From contig JAUCBJ010004176.1 of the NCBI GenBank assembly GCA_032718475.1, positions 62,001-126,000 of the forward strand: a stretch of 64,000 nucleotides of DNA, given 5' to 3'. The stretch comes from Nemertoderma westbladi. Taxonomy: Eukaryota > Animalia > Xenacoelomorpha. Positions 51,557-64,000 of this stretch are shown piece by piece; the stretch's first letter is position 1, and every line of letters begins with the position of its first letter. The translations under genes and the position numbers were made by a program. The notes under the pieces are model-generated. The model made no database searches, was not told the DNA's origin, and saw only the letters and a list, made by a program, of their open reading frames with translations.

Positions 51557-54500
51557 CGCATTGCCTTGTACACAAGTTAACACTTTGTCTATGGTGTAAC
51601 GCAATGCCTTGTACACAAGTTAACACTTTGTCTATGGTGTAACGCATTGCCTTGTACACAAGTTAACACTTTGTCTATGGTGTAACGCATTGCCTTGTAC
51701 ACAAGTTAACACTTTGTCTATGGTGTAACGCATTGCCTTGTACACAAGTTAACATTTTGTCTATGGTGTAACGCATTGCCTTGTACACAAGTTAACACTT
51801 TGTCTATGGTGTAACGCATTGCCTTGTACACAAGTTAACACTTTGTCTATGGTGTAACGCATTGCCTTGTACACAAGTTAACATTTTGTCTATGGTGTAA
51901 CGCATTATTGCCTTGTACACAAGTTAACACTTTGTCTATGGTGTAACGCATTGCCTTGTACACAAGTTAACACTTTGTCTATGGTGTAACGCATTGCCTT
52001 GTACACAAGTTGACACTTTGTCTATGGTGTAACGCATTGCCTTGTACACAAGTTAACACTTTGTCTATGGTGTAACGCATTGCCTTGTACACAAGTTAAC
52101 ACTTTGTCTATGGTGTAACGCATTGCCTTGTACACAAGTTAACACTTTGTCTATGGTGTAACGCATTGCCTTGTACACAAGTTAACACTTTGTCTATGGT
52201 GTAACGCATTGCCTTGTACACAAGTTAACACTTTGTCTATGGTGTAACGCATTGCCTTGTACACAAGTTGACACTTTGTCTATGGTGTAACGCATTGCCT
52301 TGTACACAAGTTAACACTTTGTCTATGGTGTAACGCATTGCCTTGTACACAAGTTAACACTTTGTCTATGGTGTAACGCATTGCCTTGTACACAAGTTAA
52401 CATTTTGTCTATGGTGTAACGCATTGCCTTGTACACAAGTTAACACTTTGTCTAAGGTGTAACGCATTGCCTTGTACACAAGTTAACATTTTGTCTATGG
52501 TGTAACGCATTGCCTTGTACACAAGTTAACATTTTGTCTATGGTGTAACGCATTGCCTTGTACACAAGTTAACACTTTGTCTAAGGTGTAACGCATTGCC
52601 TTGTACACAAGTTAACATTTTGTCTATGGTGTAACGCATTGCCTTGTACACAAGTTGACACTTTGTCTATGGTGTAACGCATTGCCTTGTACACAAGTTA
52701 ACATTTTGTCTATGGTGTAACGCATTGCCTTGTACACAAGTTAACATTTTGTCTATGGTGTAACGCATTGCCTTGTACACAAGTTGACACTTTGTCTATG
52801 GTGTAACGCATTGCCTTGTACACAAGTTAACATTTTGTCTATGGTGTAACGCATTGCCTTGTACACAAGTTAACATTTTGTCTATGGTGTAACGCATTGC
52901 CTTTTACACAAGTTAACACTTTGTCTAAGGTGTAACGCATTGCCTTGTACACAAGTTAACATTTTGTCTAAGGTGTAACGCATTGCCTTGTACACAAGTT
53001 AACATTTTGTCTATGGTGTAACGCATTGCCTTTTACACAAGTTAACATTTTGTCTATGGTGTAACGCATTGCCTTTTACACAAGTTAACACTTTGTCTAT
53101 GGTGTAACGCATTGCCTTTTAAACAAGTTAACACTTTGTCTATGGTGTAACGCATTGCCTTGTACACAAGTTAACACTTTGTCTATGGTGTAACGCATTG
53201 CCTTGTACACAAGTTAACACTTTGTCTATGGTGTAACGCATTGCCTTGTACACAAGTTAACATTTTGTCTATGGTGTAACGCATTGCCTTGTACACAAGT
53301 TAACACTTTGTCTATGGTGTAACGCATTGCCTTGTACACAAGTTAACATTTTGTCTATGGTGTAACGCATTGCCTTTTAAACAAGTTAACACTTTGTCTA
53401 TGGTGTAACGCATTGCCTTGTACACAAGTTAACACTTTGTCTATGGTGTAACGCATTGCCTTGTACACAAGTTAACACTTTGTCTATGGTGTAACGCATT
53501 GCCTTGTACACAAGTTAACATTTTGTCTATGGTGTAACGCATTGCCTTGTACACAAGTTAACACTTTGTCTATGGTGTAACGCATTGCCTTGTACACAAG
53601 TTAACACTTTGTCTATGGTGTAACGCATTGCCTTGTACACAAGTTAACACTTTGTCTATGGTGTAACGCATTGCCTTGTACACAAGTTAACACTTTGTCT
53701 ATGGTGTAACGCATTGCCTTGTACACAAGTTGACACTTTGTCTATGGTGTAACGCATTGCCTTGTACACAAGTTAACACTTTGTCTATGGTGTAACGCAT
53801 TGCCTTGTACACAAGTTAACACTTTGTCTATGGTGTAACGCATTGCCTTGTACACAAGTTAACATTTTGTCTATGGTGTAACGCATTGCCTTGTACACAA
53901 GTTAACACTTTGTCTAAGGTGTAACGCATTGCCTTGTACACAAGTTAACATTTTGTCTATGGTGTAACGCATTGCCTTGTACACAAGTTAACATTTTGTC
54001 TATGGTGTAACGCATTGCCTTGTACACAAGTTAACACTTTGTCTAAGGTGTAACGCATTGCCTTGTACACAAGTTAACATTTTGTCTATGGTGTAACGCA
54101 TTGCCTTGTACACAAGTTGACACTTTGTCTATGGTGTAACGCATTGCCTTGTACACAAGTTAACATTTTGTCTATGGTGTAACGCATTGCCTTGTACACA
54201 AGTTAACATTTTGTCTATGGTGTAACGCATTGCCTTGTACACAAGTTGACACTTTGTCTATGGTGTAACGCATTGCCTTGTACACAAGTTAACATTTTGT
54301 CTATGGTGTAACGCATTGCCTTGTACACAAGTTAACATTTTGTCTATGGTGTAACGCATTGCCTTTTACACAAGTTAACACTTTGTCTAAGGTGTAACGC
54401 ATTGCCTTGTACACAAGTTAACATTTTGTCTAAGGTGTAACGCATTGCCTTGTACACAAGTTAACATTTTGTCTATGGTGTAACGCATTGCCTTTTACAC

Positions 54501-55434
54501 AAGTTAACATTTTGTCTATGGTGTAACGCATTGCCTTTTACACAAGTTAACACTTTGTCTATGGTGTAACGCATTGCCTTTTAAACAAGTTAACACTTTG
54601 TCTATGGTGTAACGCATTGCCTTGTACACAAGTTAACACTTTGTCTATGGTGTAACGCATTGCCTTGTACACAAGTTAACACTTTGTCTATGGTGTAACG
54701 CATTGCCTTGTACACAAGTTAACATTTTGTCTATGGTGTAACGCATTGCCTTGTACACAAGTTAACACTTTGTCTATGGTGTAACGCATTGCCTTGTACA
54801 CAAGTTAACATTTTGTCTATGGTGTAACGCATTGCCTTTTAAACAAGTTAACACTTTGTCTATGGTGTAACGCATTGCCTTGTACACAAGTTAACACTTT
54901 GTCTATGGTGTAACGCATTGCCTTGTACACAAGTTAACACTTTGTCTATGGTGTAACGCATTGCCTTGTACACAAGTTAACATTTTGTCTATGGTGTAAC
55001 GCATTGCCTTGTACACAAGTTAACACTTTGTCTATGGTGTAACGCATTGCCTTGTACACAAGTTAACACTTTGTCTATGGTGTAACGCATTGCCTTGTAC
55101 ACAAGTTAACACTTTGTCTATGGTGTAACGCATTGCCTTGTACACAAGTTAACACTTTGTCTATGGTGTAACGCATTGCCTTGTACACAAGTTAACACTT
55201 TGTCTATGGTGTAACGCATTGCCTTGTACACAAGTTAACACTTTGTCTATGGTGTAACGCATTGCCTTGTACACAAGTTAACATTTTGTCTATGGTGTAA
55301 CGCATTGCCTTGTACACAAGTTAACACTTTGTCTATGGTGTAACGCATTGCCTTGTACACAAGTTAACACTTTGTCTATGGTGTAACGCATTGCCTTGTA
55401 CACAAGTTAACACTTTGTCTATGGTGTAACGCAA
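51557..55434. repeat. Satellite array, 43-bp unit, about 90 copies
   Basis: Unit CATTGCCTTGTACACAAGTTAACACTTTGTCTATGGTGTAACG; highly homogeneous. Confidence 0.98.
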
Positions 55435-56398
55435 TCTTTGAGTCAATCAAGAATCTGTTTTTCAAATATTACGCGTCCAATTTCCGCAAATTACATAGTG
55501 TTACGTAGAAGTGTGGTACACCATATTGATGTTGCACTGCCAATAATATATTTAAATTCACAACTCTTAATCTAAAGTTAATTATAGCTTAGTTATTGTA
55601 TTATATAAATGACAAGAGAAGCTCCTTGAAATGAGCTTTGCGAAAATGTAACAGTTATTATTTATCATTCAACAATAAGTTGTACTTTGCGTTCCACTTC
55701 AGACATCTCGCTCCACGAGGGTCCTATGTGCATTCGATGATGGCCCATGACTTCGTTTGTTTCATTCGAAAACGCCAAATGTGCGCTTTCTGGAACAAGA
55801 AATGGCACAAATGTTTTCACAGTTAGCCATTGTTACACTACACTTGGACAAGAAAGGGTAAAAAACTTTTTTTTTTCAGGGATATATTCTTCAATACATT
55901 AATTCGATGCAGAATTTATGCAGCTTTCAGATAATCTATAAACCGTTATGACATCTTTATTATTAGTTTAGATATAGAGCGAAAACCAACTCCAACTAAT
56001 GCACTGAACATCGCAAAAATAACGATTTTGTTAAAACTGCTGTAAAAATTTAAGTTAATATTTTCAAAATTTAAGCAAATATCCAAATTTTGTACCAAAA
56101 TATGGACTGAAAAATTATGGGAAGCAAATACATGCATCATTCGAATGCCCAAAACTCAGCGATTCATTATCGAAATTCAGATTGTGTTACATATTTGGAA
56201 TCCTTGCACGACCAGCTTTCTAACAGTAGCAACAAATCAAGGTTGAAGAATAAATGCGGTGTAACTGGTGCAATGTGACGTAGGCGGAGATACCTTTTTC
56301 ATACACTTGTAGCTAAAGCTAAAAAAATAAAATAATGATAAAATTTAATAAATCATTGCAGAAAAAAGTAAACAATTAGTAAATAAATTAATTAATAA

Positions 56399-57086
56399 GG
56401 CATTACTATAGTATGTGTACCCATAACCGAGTTTTGCTACTATAGCTAGTTTTTATTTTATAAATAATCTTTGACATGTTAGCTATTGTTATAAAAAAAA
56501 ATTGTCAAAAAAAATGTCTAATTTTATTAGAAATTGTTTGTCATGTGTATTGTGTAATACTTATAAATATTAATCGTTTTTGCAAGTTAGCTATTATTTT
56601 TTGAAAAAGTAATTTCTGTCAAATATATACTTTCCCTTTCTATACAACCATAATTTTATTTTATTCCAGAAATTATGTAATTGTTGCTATGGTTACAGTT
56701 CAAATAAATATCATTGTGATTATAATCTAACTGTAATATGATTTTATTAGTTTAATCAAGTCCATGAAGGGTGGGTTCAACTTAACTCGGCTAGGTGCTT
56801 CTGAATAAGTTTCCCGTTGTCACTTTCTTGTCTTTGCATGATTGATTGTTTTTCATTAGACCAGATTTTAGATAATTAAATAATATATATAATATAATAA
56901 ATAAGTTGTTATAAAATTTGTTAAATATTATTTAAGTGTTCTAGAACAGTAAATATTTATTTTAGAATAAAAATTTTTTACCGAACAATAGTTCCTATGA
57001 CAAAGATCATTTCTAAAAAAAAGAAGAGAAAAAACTAGCTACTACAAAAAATATCGTTTATGGGTACACATACCGGTAGTAGTGCC
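56399..57086. mobile_element. Palindromic MITE-like element carrying X-box GTTGCTATGGTTAC (56683)
   Basis: GGCATTACTA..GTATGTGTACCCATAA at left is inverted as TTATGGGTACACATAC..TAGTAGTGCC at right. Confidence 0.65.
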
Positions 57087-57197
57087 AATTAATAAACTAA
57101 ACTGTGCGTTTTTGTCACGTTTTGCAGCGGTAGAGCAACAATTAATTTTAAAATTTCATTGTAGCTAATATGTTACTAATAGCTACTGTACCTCTTT

Positions 57198-57515
57198 GTT
57201 TCCCTAGCAACAAAACAAATTATTTTACTATTCCCATATTATTACTCATCCCGTTATTAACTTACCGGTTAATCATAAAATAAATAGTAAAAATTCCAAG
57301 GGGAATTGAATGAAATTGTTATATTCCGATGAGAATGTATCCCAAACAACTCATAGCTGACAATAAACTGCTGCCTTATTAAAAAAAATAGACTTTAGAA
57401 TAAATTGTTCACCTTGAACTAATAAATGTTTAAACTCTAGAAAATATTTTATAATTTTAAATAAAAATATATTTGTTCTAGACCATTGTTTTGTTTAATG
57501 TGTTTTCATGGCAAC
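57198..57515 (-). promoter_or_regulatory. Candidate distal IFT46 promoter with two X-boxes
   Basis: GTTTCCCTAGCAAC (57198) and GTTTTCATGGCAAC (57502) flank a minus-strand donor-like CCG|GTAAGTT at 57266. Confidence 0.4.
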
Positions 57516-57589
57516 CTATATAAGAACCTTAAGACCCGACTGCCGACTCACATCTTATGGGGCAACATATTTTTGAAACTTGTTGCAGG

Positions 57590-60500
57590 ACTCCTCATAC
57601 AAATAAACTTTTGTTGCGCAATGTTTCTGAGTGCCTGCAGTAACTTATTGCTGACTCCCCCACACACATCAACTTTTGTTTTGCAATGTTTCTGAGTGTG
57701 TCCAGCAACTTATTGCTGACTCCCCCACACACATAAACTTTTGTTTCGCAATGTTTCTGAGTGCCTGCAGTAACTTATTGCTGACTCCCCCACACACATA
57801 CACTTTTGTTTCGCAATGTTTCTGAGTGCCTGCAGTAACTTATTGCTGACTCCCCCACACACATAAACTTTTGTTTCGCAATGTTTCTGAGTGTGTCCAG
57901 CAACTTATTGCTGACTCCCCCACACACATAAACTTTTGTTTCGCAATGTTTCTGAGTGTGTCCAGCAACTTATTGCTGACTCCCCCACACACATAAACTT
58001 TTGTTTCGCAATGTTTCTGAGTGCCTGCAGTAACTTATTGCTGACTCCCCCACAAACAAAAACTTTTGTTTCGCAATGTTTCTGAGTGCCTGCAGTAACT
58101 TATTGCTGACTCCCCCACACACATACACTTTTGTTTCGCAATGTTTCTGAGTGCCTGCAGTAACTTATTGCTGACTCCCCCACACACATAAACTTTTGTT
58201 TCGCAATGTTTCTGAGTGTGTCCAGCAACTTATTGCTGACTCCCCCACACACATAAACTTTTGTTTCGCAATGTTTCTGAGTGCCTGCAGTAACTTATTG
58301 CTGACTCCCCCACACACATACACTTTTGTTTCGCAATGTTTCTGAGTGCCTGCAGTAACTTATTGCTGACTCCCCCACACACATAAATTTTTGTTTCGCA
58401 ATGTTTCTGAGTGTGTCCAGCAACTTATTGCTGACTCCCCCACACACATAAACTTTTGTTTCGCAATGTTTCTGAGTGTGTCCAGCAACTTATTGCTGAC
58501 TCCCCCACACACATAAACTTTTTTTTCGCAATGTTTCTGAGTGCCTGCAGTAACTTATTGCTGACTCCCCCACAAACAAAAACTTTTGTTTCGCAATGTT
58601 TCTGAGTGCCTGCAGTAACTTATTGCTGACTCCCCCACACACATAAACTTTTGTTTCGCAATGTTTCTGAGTGTGTCCAGCAACTTATTGCTGACTCCCC
58701 CACACACATAAACTTTTGTTTCGCAATGTTTCTGAGTGTGTCCAGCAACTTATTGCTGACTCCCCCACACACATAAACTTTTGTTTCGCAATGTTTCTGA
58801 GTGCCTGCAGTAACTTTTGCTGACTCCCCCACACACATAAACTTTTGTTTCGCAGTGTTTCTGAGTGTGTCCAGTTACTTATTGCTGACTCCCCCACACA
58901 CATAAACTTTTGTTTCGCAATGTTTCTGAGTGCCTGCAGTAACTTATTGCTGACTCCCCCACACACATAAACTTTTGTTTCGCAGTGTTTCTGAGTGTGT
59001 CCAGTAACTTATTGCTGACTCCCCCACACACATAAACTTTTGTTTCGCAATGTTTCTGAGTGTGTCCAGTAACTTATTGCTGACTCCCCCACACACATAA
59101 ACTTTTGTTGCGCAATGTTTCTGAGTGCCTGCAGTAACTTATTGCTGACTCCCCCACACACATACACTTTTGTTTCGCAATGTTTCTGAGTGCCTGCAGT
59201 AACTTATTGCTGACTCCCCCACACACATAAACTTTTGTTTCGCAATGTTTCTGAGTGTGTCCAGCAACTTATTGCTGGCTCCCCCACACACATAAACTTT
59301 TGTTTCGCAATGTTTCTGAGTGTGTCCAGCAACTTATTGCTGACTCCCCCACACACATAAACTTTTGTTTCGCAATGTTTCTGAGTGCCTGCAGTAACTT
59401 ATTGCTGACTCCCCCACAAACAAAAACTTTTGTTTCGCAATGTTTCTGAGTGCCTGCAGTAACTTATTGCTGACTCCCCCACACACATACACTTTTGTTT
59501 CGCAATGTTTCTGAGTGCCTGCAGTAACTTATTGCTGACTCCCCCACACACATAAACTTTTGTTTCGCAATGTTTCTGAGTGTGTCCAGCAACTTATTGC
59601 TGACTCCCCCACACACATAAACTTTTGTTTCGCAATGTTTCTGAGTGTGTCCAGCAACTTATTGCTGACTCCCCCACACACATAAACTTTTGTTTCGCAA
59701 TGTTTCTGAGTGCCTGCAGTAACTTATTGCTGACTCCCCCACACACATACACTTTTGTTTCGCAATGTTTCTGAGTGCCTGCAGTAACTTATTGCTGACT
59801 CCCCCACACACATAAATTTTTGTTTCGCAATGTTTCTGAGTGTGTCCAGCAACTTATTGCTGACTCCCCCACACACATAAACTTTTGTTTCGCAATGTTT
59901 CTGAGTGTGTCCAGCAACTTATTGCTGACTCCCCCACACACATAAACTTTTTTTTCGCAATGTTTCTGAGTGCCTGCAGTAACTTATTGCTGACTCCCCC
60001 ACAAACAAAAACTTTTGTTTCGCAATGTTTCTGAGTGCCTGCAGTAACTTATTGCTGACTCCCCCACACACATAAACTTTTGTTTCGCAATGTTTCTGAG
60101 TGTGTCCAGCAACTTATTGCTGACTCCCCCACACACATAAACTTTTGTTTCGCAATGTTTCTGAGTGTGTCCAGCAACTTATTGCTGACTCCCCCACACA
60201 CATAAACTTTTGTTTCGCAATGTTTCTGAGTGCCTGCAGTAACTTTTGCTGACTCCCCCACACACATAAACTTTTGTTTCGCAGTGTTTCTGAGTGTGTC
60301 CAGTTACTTATTGCTGACTCCCCCACACACATAAACTTTTGTTTCGCAATGTTTCTGAGTGCCTGCAGTAATTTATTGCTGACTCCCCCACACACATAAA
60401 CTTTTGTTTCGCAGTGTTTCTGAGTGTGTCCAGTAACTTATTGCTGACTCCCCCACACACATAAACTTTTGTTTCGCAATGTTTCTGAGTGTGTCCAGTA

Positions 60501-62605
60501 ACTTATTGCTGACTCCCCCACACACATAAACTTTTGTTGCGCAATGTTTCTGAGTGCCTGCAGTAACTTATTGCTGACTCCCCCACACACATAAACTTTT
60601 GTTTCGCAATGTTTCTGAGTGTGTCCAGCAACTTATTGCTGACTCCCCCACACACATAAACTTTTGTTTCGCAATGTTTCTGAGTGTGTCCATCAACTTA
60701 TTGCTGACTCCCCCACACACATAAACTTTTGTTTCGCAATGTTTCTGAGTGCCTGCAGTAACTTATTGCTGACTCCCCCACACACATACACTTTTGTTTC
60801 GCAATGTTTCTGAGTGCCTGCAGTAACTTATTGCTGACTCCCCCACACACATAAATTTTTGTTTCGCAATGTTTCTGAGTGTGTCCAGCAACTTATTGCT
60901 GACTCCCCCACACACATAAACTTTTGTTTCGCAATGTTTCTGAGTGTGTCCAGCAACTTATTGCTGACTCCCCCACACACATAAACTTTTGTTTCGCAAT
61001 GTTTCTGAGTGCCTGCAGTAACTTATTGCTGACTCCCCCACAAACAAAAACTTTTGTTTCGCAATGTTTCTGAGTGCCTGCAGTAACTTATTGCTGACTC
61101 CCCCACACACATAAACTTTTGTTTCGCAATGTTTCTGAGTGTGTCCAGCAACTTATTGCTGACTCCCCCACACACATAAACTTTTGTTTCGCAATGTTTC
61201 TGAGTGTGTCCAGCAACTTATTGCTGACTCCCCCACACACATAAACTTTTGTTTCGCAATGTTTCTGAGTGCCTGCAGTAACTTTTGCTGACTCTTCCAC
61301 ACACATAAACTTTTGTTTCGCAGTGTTTCTGAGTGTGTCCAGTTACTTATTGCTGACTCCCCCACACACATAAACTTTTGTTTCGCAATGTTTCTGAGTG
61401 CCTGCAGTAACTTATTGCTGACTCCCCCACACACATAAACTTTTGTTTCGCAGTGTTTCTGAGTGTGTCCAGTAACTTATTGCTGACTCCCCCACACACA
61501 TAAACTTTTGTTTCGCAATGTTTCTGAGTGTGTCCAGTAACTTATTGCTGACTCCCCCACACACATAAACTTTTGTTGCGCAATGTTTCTGAGTGCCTGC
61601 AGTAACTTATTGCTGACTCCCCCACACACATAAACTTTTGTTTCGCAATGTTTCTGAGTGTGTCCAGCAACTTATTGCTGACTCCCCCACACACATAAAC
61701 TTTTGTTTCGCAATGTTTCTGAGTGCCTACAGTAACTTATTGCTGACTCCCCCACACACATAAACTTTTGTTGCGCAATGTTTCTGAGTGCCTGCAGTAA
61801 CTTATTGCTGACTCCCCCACACACATACACTTTTGTTTCGCAATGTTTCTGAGTGCCTACAGTAACTTATTGCTGACTCCCCCACACACATAAACTTTTG
61901 TTTCGCAATGTTTCTGAGTGCCTACAGTAACTTATTGCTGACTCCCCCACACACATAAACTTTTGTTTCGCAATGTTTCTGAGTGCCTACAGTAACTTAT
62001 TGCTGACTCCCCCACACACATAAACTTTTGTTTCGCAATGTTTCTGAGTGCCTACAGTAACTTATTGCTGACTCCCCCACACACATAAACTTTTGTTTCG
62101 CAATGTTTCTGAGTGCCTACAGTAACTTATTGCTGACTCCCCCACACACATAAACTTTTGTTTCGCAATGTTTCTGAGTGCCTGCAGTAACTTATTTCTG
62201 ACTCCCGAACACACATAAACTTTTGTTTCGTAATGTTTCTGACTGCCTGCAGTAACTTATTGCTGACTCCCCCACACACATAAACTTTTGTTTCGCAATG
62301 TTTCTGAGTGCCTGCAGTAACTTATTGCTGACTCCCCCACACACATAAACTTTTGTTTCGCAATGTTTCTGAGTGCCTGCAGTAACTTATTGCTGACTCC
62401 CCCACACACATAAACTTTTGTTTCGCAATGTTTCTGAGTGCCTACAGTAACTTATTGCTGACTCCCCCACACACATAAACTTTTGTTGCGCAATGTTTCT
62501 GAGTGCCTGCAGTAACTTATTTCTGACTCCCGAACACACATAAACTTTTGTTTCGTAATGTTTCTGACTGCCTGCAGTAACTTATTGCTTACTCCCTCAC
62601 ACACA
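57590..62605. repeat. Satellite array, 65-bp unit, about 77 copies
   Basis: Unit AACTTTTGTTTCGCAATGTTTCTGAGTG(CCTGCAGT/TGTCCAGC)AACTTATTGCTGACTCCCCCACACACATA. Confidence 0.98.
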
Positions 62606-62782
62606 GGGGCCTTACACCCTATAAGGTTCTTATAGGTCGACGTGAGTGATATAGAACATTTGAAAAAAGTGGCATCATTTTTTTAACTGGGTAATATATA
62701 TGTCCGATGCTGATATTGACTTGTTCGCTAAATACGTTATTTGCTTTAATATTGATTATTAACTTTTAACAATGTTTCGCAG

Positions 62783-63227
62783 ATTGGGTCGCTTCGGTGC
62801 CAAGGATATAAAGTCCCATCCGTTCTTCGCTCCGTTTGACTTCCGGTCCGGTATCCGACGTCTCCGAGCGCCTCTCATTCCGACAATCCGACACGAAACC
62901 GACACGTCCAACTTTGACTCCCTTCCGGACTCCCCGGACGTCTCCTCGGACGGAGAGCGTCCGGTTGGCATGGCGACGGAGGAAGAGGAGGCCGAACGCT
63001 TCCGTGGCAACGACGACGGCGACCATAGCAACGCCGGTCAGGAAGCCGCCTTCTACGAGTTTACTTTCCGTCGTTTTTTCGACGGTGGACTTCCGTCGCC
63101 CAAACTCGAGGGTCGTTACGGTGACGTCATACCGACCTCCCCTCGCGACGGATCGTTTTCGGAGCAACGGCGGAACGTAACGGATATGATGGGAGACGAC
63201 GGAGACGCAATGCCGGTGTATGTGTGA
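62783..63227 (+). CDS. LATS: LATS/Warts last coding exon (AGC C-terminal domain)
   Basis: TTTCGCAG acceptor in phase 2; RLG..AKDIKSHPFF, DTSNFD, hydrophobic motif AFYEFTFRRFFD, and C-terminal PVYV*. Confidence 0.96.
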
Positions 63228-64000
63228 CGTCTCCACGTGTATTACGTCACTGGTCGTGTATCCAGCTGCTGCAGTATGTCAGTAAACGTATCGTGCTTAT
63301 TACATACAGTTAATTATTATTAGTTATAAATCAATAACTTTACTTAATCATTAATTAATTAGTCATTAATTGAATTGTTGTTGAGTGATTCTCTAGTGTT
63401 AAGGAAGTTTATATTATAAACTCAGTCATCTTCTTATCTCAGACGTTTTGTTCAGGATCGGGGCTATTCCAATTCCTTTATGTTTTTAATTTTTTTCTCG
63501 TCTTCATTACATTTTTTTATAAGTTCATCAGGAAGGTACTAATTTTTTACTCTTTTCGTTTATCTATAAATAATTATAATGGCTACGCCTATTAATTGTA
63601 AATGTTATAAATTAAATTATTTACTAAGTGCGGTATTCATTAGGTAGTATTATAGTATTACAGTATGGTCCTTCACGATGTTTCTGTTTGCAGTTCCAAC
63701 GTGCAAATTAGAATTATTTATTATAACACATGCAAAATATATTCACATATCATTTCTAGCAAATAAACTTGATTAAATCTTGTGCATTGGAGAGCTTCGT
63801 AAATCCTAAGTGGGTGGTTAACTTTATGTCAGCTACATTGTAAGTAGAACATCTGTAATAATAATAATATGCGATAAATATTATTTGCCCAGCCTAGAAA
63901 TTCAAAATGGATTGCACATGCACACCAGGGTTACAGCCAGCGGTCACAAAAGTAACGACAAAGGTGTTAAACATAGTGACAAAGGTGTTAAATGTAATAC

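Larger units (their letters stand above)
50824..56328. mobile_element. Old TIR element enclosing the 43-bp satellite
   Basis: 50824-51000 aligns, diverged, with the reverse complement of about 56135-56328 (TTTAGCTA, ATTGCACC, GGATTCCAA, TGAATTTCG in order). Confidence 0.6.

Noticed and set aside
58620-61434. Repeated 72-aa and 93-aa ORFs
   Set aside because: Created by a single-base deletion in duplicated satellite blocks; useful only as higher-order-repeat markers.
63955-63995. GACAAAGGTGTTAA direct repeat resembling the reverse complement of the 43-bp satellite
   Set aside because: Only two short copies at the window edge; too little sequence to infer a relationship.

Overview
AT-rich, repeat-dense animal (invertebrate-like) genomic DNA. 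The backbone is one + strand LATS/Warts Hippo-pathway kinase gene. Its 10 phase-compatible coding exons span 7665-63227 (about 1330 aa); the two most 5' exons are inferred. Intron 7 holds an intronless same-strand MED15, followed by seven box C/D snoRNA-like units of the snR75/U15 type, amplified by a 2.2-kb tandem duplication. The last intron holds an antisense 4-exon IFT46 whose first coding exon appears to add a 467-aa N-terminal extension built from 12-aa repeats, with RFX X-box motifs nearby. The introns also carry three multi-kb satellite arrays (23, 43 and 65 bp units), LINE remnants (RTE, RTEX-like, CR1/L2-like, CRE-like), tRNA-derived SINEs and many TIR/foldback elements, several with visible target-site duplications (TSDs). 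The first 4 kb looks like a decayed mobile or viral element with a zinc-knuckle reading frame broken only by TGA codons. All calls were made by eye; family assignments are from remembered motifs, not searches.
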